DNA of 56,565 bases, from contig NC_069001.1 of the NCBI RefSeq assembly GCF_001194135.2, forward strand, positions 5,780,697 through 5,837,261, in the 5' to 3' direction. Source of the stretch: Octopus bimaculoides (taxonomy: Eukaryota). Position 1 is the stretch's first letter, and every line of letters begins with the position of its first letter. Below, piece by piece: positions 12,601 to 24,039 of the stretch. The position numbers were made by a program, and so were the translations under genes. The notes beneath the pieces are model-generated. The model was not told the origin of the DNA. It ran no database searches and saw nothing but the letters and a program-made list of their open reading frames with translations.

Positions 12601-13149
12601 TAATAATAAAGTGGTTACCCGATCAACTAGAAATAGCAACCAAATCTGCCCACCACCTTCAGAAATATAGACGCAATACCCGTTATAGTCTATGGTATAC
12701 GATGCCTGAAAATAAGACGTAATACTTAGGATTGGATACCTTCGATCGTAGATCTTCTATGACCGGGGCGGACCTAGGGTAAAACAACTACTAAATTAAA
12801 TATCACAGCATCGTATGATCATTGCAATGTTAAACTAATGCTAATTAATCTTGAATAATCAGTGACGATGACCTTTGATGATGACCTTTCGTAACGACCT
12901 TTTATAATGATTTTTCCTTGTGACCTTTCATGGTGATCCTTCATGTTGCTAATATTTTTGTTTATTCGTTGTAACGAAGACAATATCCACTGAAGCTAGA
13001 AATCAGAAAATATGAAAAGTCGATAACTGTTTATAGAATAGTAATGCAGCTTAGTCCAGAATACTGCTAGTGTATTTAGGGAGGAAAAAAAAATCTATCC
13101 TCTTGCGTGGACATTATACACCAAGAATTCACGTGGAAATTTAGTTTCT

Positions 13150-13340
13150 ATCTAGTTCCTCCGTTTGCTAGATATAGCAGCCAAATATTCATCAAATCAT
13201 TGTCTTAACAGAAAAAAAAAGGTGGGATACACTGGATAATATATTTCTAGAAATATATCAGTGAAAGGTGAGAAGGTCAAGCCTGGAATTTCTGATGAAG
13301 GACCTGCTGGTTCGCGACTGACCCGAGACTAAACAACCAC
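13150..13340 (-). mobile_element. Unclassified interspersed repeat (family E)
   Basis: GCTAGATATAGCAGCCAAAT resembles GCTAGAAATAGCAACTGAAT at 14610; the other end (minus TTGTTTAGTCTCGGGTCAG) resembles 12765-12790, 9395-9415 and 15840-15862. Confidence 0.5.
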
Positions 13341-13424
13341 AAGGTATATCGCATCCAAGAAAAAGCGGGACCTTTACAAATTTTACTCGACATCTCTTAT
13401 TTCATTTATATTCCGTTCCCTTTT

Positions 13425-13530
13425 TTTCTTCTCTACTATAGGCACAAGGTGTGAAATCCTGGGGGTGGGGCTTTCTCTTTTATATCGACCCTCGCACTTG
13501 ACTGGTACTTATTTTCGAGCCTTGTGCCTA
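13425..13530 (-). mobile_element. SINE family A 3' fragment
   Basis: CTACTATAGGCACAAGG...ATCGACCC...ACTGGTACTTATTT is the reverse complement of the A tail. Confidence 0.7.
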
Positions 13531-13649
13531 GAATAGAAAAGAATATACCTGAGAGTTGATAGACACCTGCCAAAGAATCATGAGTTTTAAGGTGCGTTTG
13601 TGTCCTGAATGAAAGCCCTGTGTTGACATAACTTTTCTGCAGGTACCAT

Positions 13650-14065
13650 TACCTTTTACCTTTACTTGTTTCAGTCATTTGACTGTGGCCATGCTGGGGC
13701 ATCGTGATAAGGGATTTTAATTGAAAGAATCAACCCCGAGACATTTTTTTTAACCTGGAACTTATTCTATCGGTCTCTTTTGTCGAACCGTTAATTTACA
13801 GGAACGTAAATACACCAGCACTGGTTGTCAAGTGGTGATGGTTTGTGGGGTACAAACATTACAAACACAAAGACACACACTTATAGACATATACATAAAA
13901 ACGACGGGGCTTTTTCCAGCTTTTGTTGCCCTTATCCACCCGGAAGGCTTTAGTCGGCTCGGTGTTATAATAGAAGACACTTGCCCAAGATGTTAAACTG
14001 AGGGACTGAAACCAAGACCACATGGTTATGAAGCAAGCTTCTCAACCACACAGCTGCACCTGCAT
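13650..14065 (-). mobile_element. SINE family D, near full length
   Basis: TTTACTTGTTTCAGTCATTTGACTGTGGCCATGCTGG...AGAAGACACTTGCCCAAG...ACCACATGGTT...AAGCAAGCTT. Confidence 0.85.
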
Positions 14066-14859
14066 CATTGTAGAAGAAAAGCGAACTTCATGATGAAGAA
14101 ATCTGACATGGAAACTGCATGTATATAGATAGATCCTACCGCCTGCAGGATACGAACCCGAGATTGCCTAGTTTTGAAATCGATATATTTTTCTCTAAGC
14201 TAGATAAAACTTCTGTCCTATTAGCTTTTAAAAAACTATTAATAGCTAAGACATAATTTCATATTATTTATAGAAATGGTCCATAGTTTTTGGACGTTGA
14301 AGTGTTATCTAGGATCAAAGAGCTGCCATCTATTTAATGTTTAATAAAGTTTTATTTCAAATTTCGTTATTAGATATTTTCCCCATCACATTATAGTTTC
14401 GAAATAAGATAATTACAAAAATATAATTACAACAAAAATACGAAGACAAAATTGTACAAAAAAGATCTTAATTCTTCATCAACATTTGTGTTTTTAATGT
14501 TCTAGTGTAAGAAGACGGCAGAAGGAGGTGGTGGTAAGCACATTTCATATACTAAAACTTAACTATAAACTATGAGCCACTGATGAGGCCTCTATGTGAC
14601 GCCCGAAATGCTAGAAATAGCAACTGAATTCCTTTAAATTACATCATAGAGACATAAAGGAAAGGCAAAGGAAAAAAGGTAATTCTATAAATAGTATTGG
14701 ATGGCGTATTAGACGCATCCCAATTTCAGCAGCTCATGGATGAAAAATAATGCATTAAAGCTTATAGAACGCCCAGCATCGTATGTAGTAGTAGTAGTAA
14801 TAGTAATGGGAAACGCGCTGTAACAGCGTCGCTGCAGCCACCATTTGTTGGTGATTCCT

Positions 14860-15190
14860 TATTCCTGGCAGATCTTTGCACCACACAAACAATCCTCCGA
14901 CCTATGGGTCTATTTGAGTAGACTCTGCTGGTCAAGGTTTTACGAGGTCAGAGTGCAAATCCTACCACAGCTTTTTTCTTTTTTTTTTTATTCGTTTTTT
15001 TTTTTTTTTACGACACGCAGAGAAATCGTTGGGTTTGTTCTTCGGTACGCCACTTCTCACACAACACCAGAACAACGTGAAATGAAGTGTTTTGCTCAAG
15101 AACACTATACGTTGTCCGATCCGGGAATCAGACCTATGATCTGGCGATCGAAAGGCCAATACCCTAATCATTAGGCCACGTGTCTTCACA
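14860..15190 (-). mobile_element. CORE-type SINE (family C)
   Basis: CAACGTGAAATGAAGTGTTTTGCTCAAGAACAC...CCCTAATCATTAGGCCACGTGTCTTC. Confidence 0.7.
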
Positions 15191-15350
15191 TATAGGACCC
15201 GGAATAATTCTTTTGAGACATCTTATCACGTAGGAAGAAAAGTGTATTTTATATGCCATTAAATATGTAATTGATTTTACTCCTGGGTAAAAGCATAAAA
15301 ACTGCATCTCTCTGCCCAGCCATTTTGAGCCAGTGGAAGAGTAAGCTCAT

Positions 15351-15765
15351 GAAAGCAGTGTAATCTCAAGCTAAAATTCACGGCCTACATACATCAGATC
15401 GTGGTCGGTGGAGAGGACATGCTGTGCCCTTCCTCCTGCAGTTGACTAAACATAGGCAATCCAATCCCATCCATCCATCCATACATACATACATACATAC
15501 ATACATATGCACATGTGCATACACATATATAAAAATGTACCAGTTGAGCACTGGGGTTGATGTAATCGATTTAACTACTCCTAGGTTTGGGTATAAAATT
15601 GTACCCCTTTTCAAAGCTTTGTTGAGGTAGTGTATCAGAGCAGGCTCGTCAAACCAGTATGGTCTGAAGCTCAAATTTACAGCCTTCACATGAGACCGTG
15701 GTTGACGGAGAGGACATGCTGAAGGCTTTGTCCTGCAGTTGGCTAAACAGAGAAGCAATCCGAAA
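15351..15765. repeat. Diverged ~115-bp direct duplication (15351-15465 and 15650-15762)
   Basis: Exact shared 15-mer GGAGAGGACATGCTG at 15410 and 15707, plus CCTGCAGTTG(A/G)CTAAACA and AAGCT(A/C)AAATT(C/T)AC(G/A)GCC; spacer holds (CATA)n and a SINE-A piece. Confidence 0.85.
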
Positions 15766-15889
15766 CCTAAAATATGGTATACAAAAAGTTGAGTTTACCA
15801 TGGCTGCACTGCATTGGGTTACAGACGTCCTTAACCGGACCTGACCTAGGGTTAAACAACAGCAACAACAACAACAAGTAATGTCCCAC

Positions 15890-16850
15890 TGGCATTGATA
15901 ACAACTTTCCCATTGACATTATGTCTTGATGGAAACCGTTAACCTTTCTCTTTACTGCAGAAAGCAGAGTTTGCTGGAAATAAGTCAAGATGTGAAAACG
16001 GAAAGCACGCCTTCGCACACATGCTGCATCTATGCTAAAGAACTATCAATCATGCTAGCAAACTGGCTCATTTGCAATTTGGAACTTTTTAACATTTCCA
16101 AGAAAGTTTCTAACAACAGATTTAAATATTTGCCAGGCTTCTAAATCGACTGTAGACATATTGTTCACAAAATTGTCATCTCTCATCACTTTCTCTAATT
16201 TGTGGTCCAACAAAAAAATGTCAGCATTTTATTTTGATTCCTGTTAAAACTGAAAACCAACGGCAAACTTATTTGAACGCTCTTCCATCTTTATTAGATA
16301 GTTTTTTTTTGTTGTTGTTGTGGATGAGTGTTTTTATTTATTTATTTTTATTTTTTAATTTTTTTGTATGCATGTGTTCTTTTCGCAAAATATTCCAAGC
16401 ACTTTATATACAATGTCTGTAAAAGTACCTTTCTTAGACCTGCTACAGACAACTGTAGTAATAACAATAAAAAAGAAGAGACTTGGCCAAGTCTCATTTC
16501 TAAGGTGGTCAATGTAACGTGTAGAAAGAAAAGTCACATGTGTCAGCTTCGCTTTGCTCCAGACGGTGAAGAGACAAACATTTTGTATAACCACCATGAA
16601 GTCTATATGAGAATGAATACGATTAATTTTGAATTAGCACAATGAAACCAATTCTAACAATTCTAAGCATTCATTTGTTTCAGACAGTTTTACAGAATAA
16701 CCAGAATTTCTATAGAACTTACAGACGTTCCATTATACAGTAAGACCGCTTCCATGTTTCCCTTTGAACAATCAATAAACGATCTCCAATTATATTCGAT
16801 GTACGGGATGTCAGTTTGTTCAATTATTCCATTAAAATGTTTACAGTAAA
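15890..16850 (-). mobile_element. Decayed DNA transposase, Chapaev3/CMC-type
   Basis: Minus-strand colinear motifs: YNWRSFIDCSKGNMEAVLLYNG; LHGGYTK; KVLLQTLYIK; FVGPQIRE..MRDDNF; EAWQIFKSVVRNFLGN; FSHLDLFPAN..SKEKG*RFHQDI. These match the recalled WRLFIDSSK..KAVLLHNG / PPLHIKLG / HSHLDFFPENLG..SDEQGERFHQDI family; the family name is from memory. Confidence 0.8.
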
Positions 16851-16924
16851 TAAGATGGAGACGCACAGACAGTAGACTCCTGGACTAAATATCTTACAGC
16901 ATTTAATTCCAACGCATCTACATA

Positions 16925-17252
16925 TAAAGGCGTGTGGCTTAGTGGTTAGGGTACTCGGTTCACGATTCGTAATGTCGTGAGTTCGATTCCCAGCGGCGCA
17001 CTGTGTCCTTGAGCAAGACACTTTATTTTCCGTTGCTGCAGTCCACTCAGCTGGCAAGAACTAGTTGTACCTGTATTTCAAAGGGGCCAGCCTCATCACA
17101 GCCTGCGTCACGAGGAATCTCCATGAGGTCTAAGCTAAGGGTTCTCGTGTCTGTGGAGTGCTCAACCACTTTCACGCTAATTTCACGAGCTGCCTGTTTC
17201 GTTGATTGGATCAACTGGAATACGCGTCGCCGTGACCGACGGAGAACCAAAC
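16925..17252 (+). mobile_element. CORE-type SINE (family C), full length
   Basis: GGCGTGTGGCTTAGTGGTTAGGGTACTCGG (A box)...GAGTTCGATTCCC (B box)...TGTGTCCTTGAGCAAGACACTTTATTT (CORE)...tail GGATCAACTGGAA...GACCGACGGAG. Confidence 0.9.
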
Positions 17253-17429
17253 CATCTACGTATGCTGTGTCCAAGTTACGAGCACAATAAAGACTGTGTG
17301 CTTAACAAGTTTACTTCTTAACTGCTCGGTTTCGGTTTCAATTCCACGGCATGTTTCATTGAGCTCTAAGGTCTATCCGATCAATCATCTTTGAAACTGT
17401 TTGGAAGGGAAAATGATCACAAGAATCTC

Positions 17430-17785
17430 GCTTTGTAATCGCGTGGTTTCAAGTTCAGTCTCACTGCGCGGTAAGTGTGTTCTACTAAATCTCCGGGTCG
17501 ACCAATGTTTGATGAGTGAATTTAGTAAACGGGAACTGTGTCGTGAGCGAATTTGGTAGAGCGAAACTGTGTGCAAGGACGTCATACGTAATTGTGTGTG
17601 TGTGTGTGTTTTTGATCACCTAACAACTGGTGATGGTTTGTTTAGGACCCCGTGACCTAACGGTCTGACAAAATAAGCACGAGACTTTAAAGAAAAAGAA
17701 AAACGTAATGGGGGCCGATCTATTCATCTAACAAAATACGCCCCCAAGGCGATACTGCAGCATAAGCGCATTCCAATGACTGAAG
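17430..17785 (+). mobile_element. SINE family D, diverged
   Basis: CGCGTGGTTTCAAGTTCAGTCTCACTGCGCGG...central (TG)n...CCAATGACTGAAGCAAGTAAAAGA. Confidence 0.75.
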
Positions 17786-18011
17786 CAAGTAAAAGATGAA
17801 AGACGATATTAAACTGACATATTTAAAGTTGAAAGTCAATCAAATGAGAAAGAGACAAGACGGGAAGAAAAAGATAAGACGGCGAAGAAACAGCAATTGC
17901 TTGAGGCATACGAAAGCTCGCCAGTAACTGGTTTTTAAGAGATGAAATGGATTTGTGTCTGTGACGGAAACTTTGACATTTCATAAATATACTGTAGCAT
18001 TAGGAAATAGG

Positions 18012-18290
18012 TGAAGGTGCCTGGCTTAGTGGTTAGGGTGTTGCATCTGCGATCCAGGGATTGTGAGATCGATTTCTGAGACTGAGCGGTGTGTTGTGTT
18101 CTTGAGCAAAACCCTTCAGTTCACGTTGCTCCAGTCCACTCAGCTGTGAATGGGTACACCCTGCGTCGGACTAGTCTTGTGATCAGGGGGAATGTTGGCC
18201 TGTTGGCATAGCCAGCGGGGTGGCTGTCATTCAAAGCGCATTGTGACGAGTGATGTATAACACCGTCCGATCGATCATCTGATCACGCGA
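18012..18290 (+). mobile_element. CORE-type SINE (family C)
   Basis: GGCTTAGTGGTTAGGGTG...TGTGTTCTTGAGCAAAAC...CACGTTGCTCCAGTCCACTCAGCTGTGAATGGG. Confidence 0.8.
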
Positions 18291-18557
18291 TTAGGAAATA
18301 AACGGGGAGTGGATATAAACAGATGGCCGAAATGAGCCTTCCTTGAAGCAACTATTTCAGTTTCGATATACGGTCCCAGATCATTAACTGCACAAATAAG
18401 GAAAGACTCTGAAATGCAAAAACAGACTTCCCTTTCCATGCACCGTATGCCTTCACACTCGTTTAGGTACCCGTATATGCTGGAATATACAAGAGTATAA
18501 TTTCTACTCTTAAATCACGATTCAAATGACACAAGGCGAACAATTTCGAGGAAGAGG

Positions 18558-18764
18558 CCTCGATGCAATTTGAACTCAGAAATGTGAAGTCGGATGAAAA
18601 GCCGCTAAGTATTTTGTCCGGCGTGCTAATGATTCTGCCAGCTTTCCACCTTAATAATAATAATAATAATCTTTTCTACTCTAGGCACAAGGCCCGAAAT
18701 TTTTCGGGAGGGGGCCAGTCGATTAGATCTACCCCAGTACGCAACTGGTACTTAATTTATCGAC
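18558..18764 (-). mobile_element. Head-to-tail pair of SINE-A fragments joined by (TTA)6
   Basis: On the minus strand: A tail (18764-18671, ending GCCTAGAGTAGAAAAG), ATT repeats (18670-18653), then A head AAGGTGGAAAGCTGGCAGAATCATTAGCACGCCGG (18652-18558). Confidence 0.85.
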
Positions 18765-19257
18765 TGGTTGTCCTACTGGCTACCAACATGCATAAATCAA
18801 GGCAAAAAATACGACACTCGGTGATTTTTATACGAAAAATAATATGCGCTTCCAGGTCTGATTATTATGAAAGTTTAATTTAATTTCTATTAATTTTTCT
18901 TTTATTCCAATACGAAAAAGTCGTCTACAACGACCGAAATCGATACATATTTTCTATGATAAAGTCTTCAAACGCTTTCATTTTTCCACATATTTTTTTT
19001 CAATATATATCTACCCGTCTGTATCCGCTTAACAGTTTAAATGCATACACACACACACACTAGTATTTGATAATAGCTTCATTCGGCTCATCACACGAGC
19101 TCGTGCAGGTTTAGGTGACCGAAACCTGAGGAGCTAGGTTCGTGTGACGTGCTTACGAAGGTTTAGGTTATATCGCGCTGAATCAAACTTATTAAATACT
19201 AATTGATGTACACTCCTGTCAAATGTGTTGAGTGACTCTTTCTTTCGTTTGTCCACT

Positions 19258-19295
<38 letters not shown>

Positions 19296-19443
19296 CCTTA
19301 GTGAGCGAAGCAAGAGATTTACGAAATAAAAACAAGACTTATAAATACTGGAATCGATAGGATTGACTTAAAACCCTCAGGGCGACGTTTCAGCATAGCT
19401 GTAATCAAATGAATAATGTAAATATACATACATGCATATATAG

Positions 19444-19553
19444 AGTTAGATAAGGCCGGTTTACGTCCATAAAGCGCTTAGCTTTACAGCCTATCTTGAG
19501 CGTTTTATGGACGTGAAACCCAGGGCAATCCCATAAACCGGCCTTATCTAACT
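19444..19553. repeat. Inverted-repeat (foldback/MITE-like) element
   Basis: Perfect 20-bp arms AGTTAGATAAGGCCGGTTTA (19444-19463) / TAAACCGGCCTTATCTAACT (19534-19553), plus inner 15-bp arms 19464-19478 / 19499-19513 with one mismatch. Confidence 0.9.
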
Positions 19554-19621
19554 TTATTTATATTATATACTGCTCTGTAACTTAGAGTGTGCTTCTCTTT
19601 CAGATTTATGTTTTACCGATG

Positions 19622-19668
<47 letters not shown>

Positions 19669-19853
19669 CAAATATTGACTCGTTGCAGTATATTTCGTTC
19701 TACTGGACTCGTCGAAAAATATGCAGTTCGACTAAGAGAATATATAGTGCTAGGAAACAGTTGTGTAACCAGGTAGAATAAATATAGGTTAAGGGTTTGT
19801 ATTTGAATAGCTTCTCCCTTTGAAGTTACAAAATTGATTTTTATATATTTATA

Positions 19854-19888
<35 letters not shown>

Positions 19889-20535
19889 ATGGAGTAGTAG
19901 TGGAAAGAAAAGAAAGTAAGGTTAGTGGTAGAGCTGAGAGAGGGAGAGAGAGAGAAATTAGCATCAAACAGTAGAGGTGTAATGAAGTGAGTATAGAGAA
20001 TTACTATAATGATCATCTTTTTTTTTTTTGTCTTTAGCGCTGTTGGAACTAGTTCACACGATTAAAATTGGGGTAAAAATTATAAAAGAATAAAACGTAA
20101 AAGTCAGGATGTATGCAACGAATATGTGTGAATAATGGTGACTAAAAACATTACCAGAGGTAATGCGGCTAAATGTAAAATGTAAATATCTTACCTTAAA
20201 CGACTCTGCATAGCTGAAGAAAAATAAAACTGGTAATGTATGAAAAGATTCCTTGAAGAAGATTGCTTACATTTACAAAAGGCTGCATTAGAGTTTGTAA
20301 GTAAATAGCAAGACGGTGCAGTAATAAACTATAATAGCAGTTAAATTTAAAAACGAAAGAAAATTAGCATCATAGTAAAAGTAACAATTAAAGAGGTGAA
20401 GGATTATACACAATATATATACATACATATATATATATACACACACGCGTATACACATGCGTGGAGAAAACGAATATATATTTATGAGAAAGTTTCTCTC
20501 AAGGGAAACATTGCTAACATACTGCAGTTCTTTAA

Positions 20536-20616
20536 GGAAAAGTTGCACAATTAAGAAAAACAGATGCACAGTTCAGGAAACAGATGCACATTTAAGGAAA
20601 CAGATGTACAATTAAA
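20536..20616. repeat. 20-bp tandem repeat, about 4 copies
   Basis: CAGATGCACAGTTCAGGAAA / CAGATGCACATTTAAGGAAA / CAGATGTACAATTAAA at 20561, 20581 and 20601. Confidence 0.85.
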
Positions 20617-21229
20617 ACTCTTTAAATGTCAAACTGTTGCCCTAAAGGTTTCTGAGGAGACAACTTCCATTTGTCTTATGTTTTATGTAATCCAATCTTC
20701 AATGGGAAAAATTAGGAATAAAACTTCCGAGGATCTTCCAGGAGCACATATGAAAATATAGCGATCAAGCTCTCCCCAGTAGTACAATTAAAACAGTGAT
20801 GAGGTTGGTAATGGTAACATTGTGAAGTTTTTATCATTTAGTGATAACGGGGTGATAGCACTGTTACCGGAATCGGTACTATAGTATTGTGGTGGTTACG
20901 TAAATGGCGGTGATGATGATGTTAGTAGTGGTAGAGGTGTGGTGCAGTGGTACTGCTAATGGTGGTGTGGTGGCGATATTGTGGCTGTTGTATACTGTAG
21001 TAAAGACGATGTTAGTTGTGGCAATGGTGGTGGGACATAATACGGTATGTTGTTGTTTTTTTATTACCTATAAAAGGCGTACATAGATATTAAATGTTTA
21101 ACGTTTCAGAATGACGGCACAAAACATGTGGGGACGTATAACAATTAAAATTAAATTATGATAACATGAATGGAAAAAAAAAAAAGGAAACGATATATGA
21201 AAATGTGCTACCTACCCCACCTCAGCAAC

Positions 21230-22280
21230 ATCATGTACTTCCATTTTATATCCAGTTCATGTTTATACCTTGTTTCTATTTCTTTTGGTATTTCCCTTTA
21301 AGTCACAAACCACTTTTCCATATCTAAAACCTTCTTTGTATTCCATCACATCTCTCATGCGAACTTCCGGTACCAATGCGCATGCGCCCATATCTTCTTT
21401 CTTTTCTTCCTTTCCTATTTACAGTCCTTACGTCCTTCCACTGTGATAACTTCTCTATCAGTCTCCTATCGACACCTTTACAGAAAAACACAAGCATAAC
21501 ACACGGGAGGAGGAGGGGAGTCTTGTGATTTATGTTTGTTGTGTCGGTGGGGAATGGGTGGGTTTGGTGTCTGCAGTGGGAGGGTGGGGTTGAGAGGGTG
21601 TGGGTGAGGTGGGTACAGGTTGGGGTCCACTTTGAATGTCCTTCTTCCTCTTCCTCTGTCCTTTCCTTCCAGCCACTCTCCATCCTTCCTCGTCAGTTTC
21701 CTCCTTCTCTTCCACCATTTCCTTCTCCTTCTCGACCTTCTCCTGCGCATGCTGGGTTTTTTTAGGACAGTCCGCTCTAATGTGGCCCTTTTGGCCACAT
21801 TTGTAGTAGCGAGGGGTTCTGCCCTCTATCCACACCTTCATCACTGTATCACCTACTGACACCATTTCTGCTAGTTTTTCCCTATTTTCTGCTGAGATTT
21901 GGATCCAGAACTTTGCCTCGCTAATTCCTTACTTCTATTTCTGTGGCTTGGAGTACGGCCACTTCCTTCTCACTTCCGAGAAGTACTGCCGCCACTACCC
22001 AAGCCACATCTATTTCAGGGGGATTCCTTCTACCCTGACCCTGGAAGTTCTTCTTCCAAGGTATGTGGGTAGGAGGATTACCCTTCTCGTCTTGCATTTA
22101 TCGAGTGCTCCTTTGCCTCTTCTTTCTTCTGGCAAGATATGATACATATATTTCTATTTCTGCCGTTCACAGAGCTGACATCGAGGTCTTGGAGAAGGAA
22201 ACGAGAGAGTTATGTCGACTAATGAAGCCAGGCTTTAAACTATGCATCTTGCAAAATGAAGAAGCTCTCGTTAAATGAAA
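21230..22280 (-). mobile_element. Gag-like ORF1 relic of an L1/Tx1-type non-LTR retrotransposon
   Basis: Minus translation ILLPTYLGRRTSRVRVEGIP..EIDVAWVVAAVLL, then KVWIEGRTPRYYKCGQKGHIRADCP (CCHC knuckle 21767-21808, first Cys mutated to Tyr), followed by E/K-rich and P/T-rich linkers; frameshifts and stops. Confidence 0.7.
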
Positions 22281-22613
22281 GGAAAATTCAACTCAGAAAA
22301 AGAAATTCACTAAAAAAAAAGAAGAAAATCCAAAAGTAACTCAAAATAATTATTGTCAATTGATAGTTAGAAAGTGTGTTAACAACAATTCGTTTCAGTT
22401 AAGGTCTTCTATAGAACACAAGTCTTCCACTGGCAATATTAGGAGCTTGTATGGAGATCAATGCGCGAATCGGTAACGCAACTACTGTGATGATTAAACC
22501 CTAACTCTTGGAGAACCAAAACACTGAACACATTCTCTCTCCCCTAAACACACTGTTATATACAAATACACCCATGCACTTCTACAGAGATAAATTCAAT
22601 CAGTTATATTCAT

Positions 22614-22650
<37 letters not shown>

Positions 22651-22903
22651 ATGGATAAGTACAGACATAGCAAGGCGGTAGTTATGTAACCTCTACCAAA
22701 TCATGAGCTTCACATCGCCGATCGTCAGACAAATTTTGAGAACCCTTCGTAGTATATCGAAGAATCAGAAACGTGAGATTAGGAGTTAACGAAATGTGAA
22801 GAAGAGCCACCTTTACTAAATATATTTTATCATCAGCAGTGAATACACTTCCACGTCATATTTTATTTTTCTTATTTACACTTAAATTTTGTATATTCAC
22901 ACT

Positions 22904-22940
<37 letters not shown>

Positions 22941-23636
22941 GATTCGATACAGAAAAGCTGATTTGATGTTGTAACGATGTTGAGAAAGAAAAGGAAAGAG
23001 TGTTTTATATATATATATATATATATATAAGAGAGGGAGAAGAATATAATAATGTCGTAGTGTATCGGAATGGTATGTTGATGGAATGGCAAAACTGTCT
23101 CAAAGAGGGGTAGATTGCCGATAATACAGCGCAACGCTTCGTATTATTGAACTGATCGTATTCTTCTTAATTTTCTTATCTTTTTATTTTGTTTTCCTTC
23201 CTCTTTATTTTATTAATTTTTTTTTTGATTTTTATTGCTTCTATATATTTGTGTTTATATTTTTGTTTTTGTTTGTGTGTGGGGGTGGGGGATTATGTAT
23301 ATATTTTACAGTTGTTGTTGTTGTTGCGGTTATTATTGTTGTTGATATAAATTTCATTTTCTCTATGATACAAGCGACCCCGATAGCTTGAAACTGAAAA
23401 TTTTGCAGCAAATTATCTTATCGATCTTGCTAACTGATAATGTTAAGCAGTATGGCGTTGTTTTTTTGCTGGTGGTGGTGGAGGGGATGATGCTGGTGAT
23501 GTTGGTGGGGGAGTAAAAAAAAAAAATAATGGCTGTTCAGATTATTGTTCGTGTGTGGAGATGATAATGTGTGTTTAAACATACGTATATACGTATATGC
23601 AGATGCACATAAACACACACACATATACACACGCAA

Positions 23637-23671
<35 letters not shown>

Positions 23672-23797
23672 CACGTGCGCAAACACTCATATATACTCAC
23701 ACACACATATATATACATCCATTACATACACAGACTAACACACACGTACACATATAGACACACACACATATATACAGACACGTATGATCATGCACAC

Positions 23798-23833
<36 letters not shown>

Positions 23834-24039
23834 GTTCAATGGCCATATTGTTGCTGCTGGTGCCTGGCCTGGAACAAATATAACCAAAGAATCGCTCGTA
23901 TATAGTGGAAGGATGGAAAAAAAAGCACAATGACAGATTCCCCACCCCACCCTACCCTAGAACGGTAACTACTGCTGCCGAAGTAACAACAACAGTAAAC
24001 CAAAAAAAAATTTGAAATAAAATAATCGTTAGAGCATCA

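Noticed and set aside
16478-16495. Perfect 18-bp palindrome GAGACTTGGCCAAGTCTC
   Set aside because: Roughly 0.2 expected by chance in a window this size (4^-9 per position), and it lies in a transposase relic.
16429-16499. Apparent signal-peptide exon on the minus strand (TTAG|AA ATG..., MRLGQVSSFLLLLLQLSVAGLRK|GTACTT)
   Set aside because: Lies inside the Chapaev3-type relic: the same frame continues as KVLLQTLYIK (transposase PPLHIK motif) and the hydrophobic core comes from a T-rich patch.
16925-17000. tRNA genes suggested by A/B boxes here and in other SINE heads
   Set aside because: They continue into CORE or other SINE bodies and do not form cloverleaves.
19095-19150. GAAAC and CTGAGGAG near each other
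   Set aside because: Order and pairing do not give a hammerhead fold.
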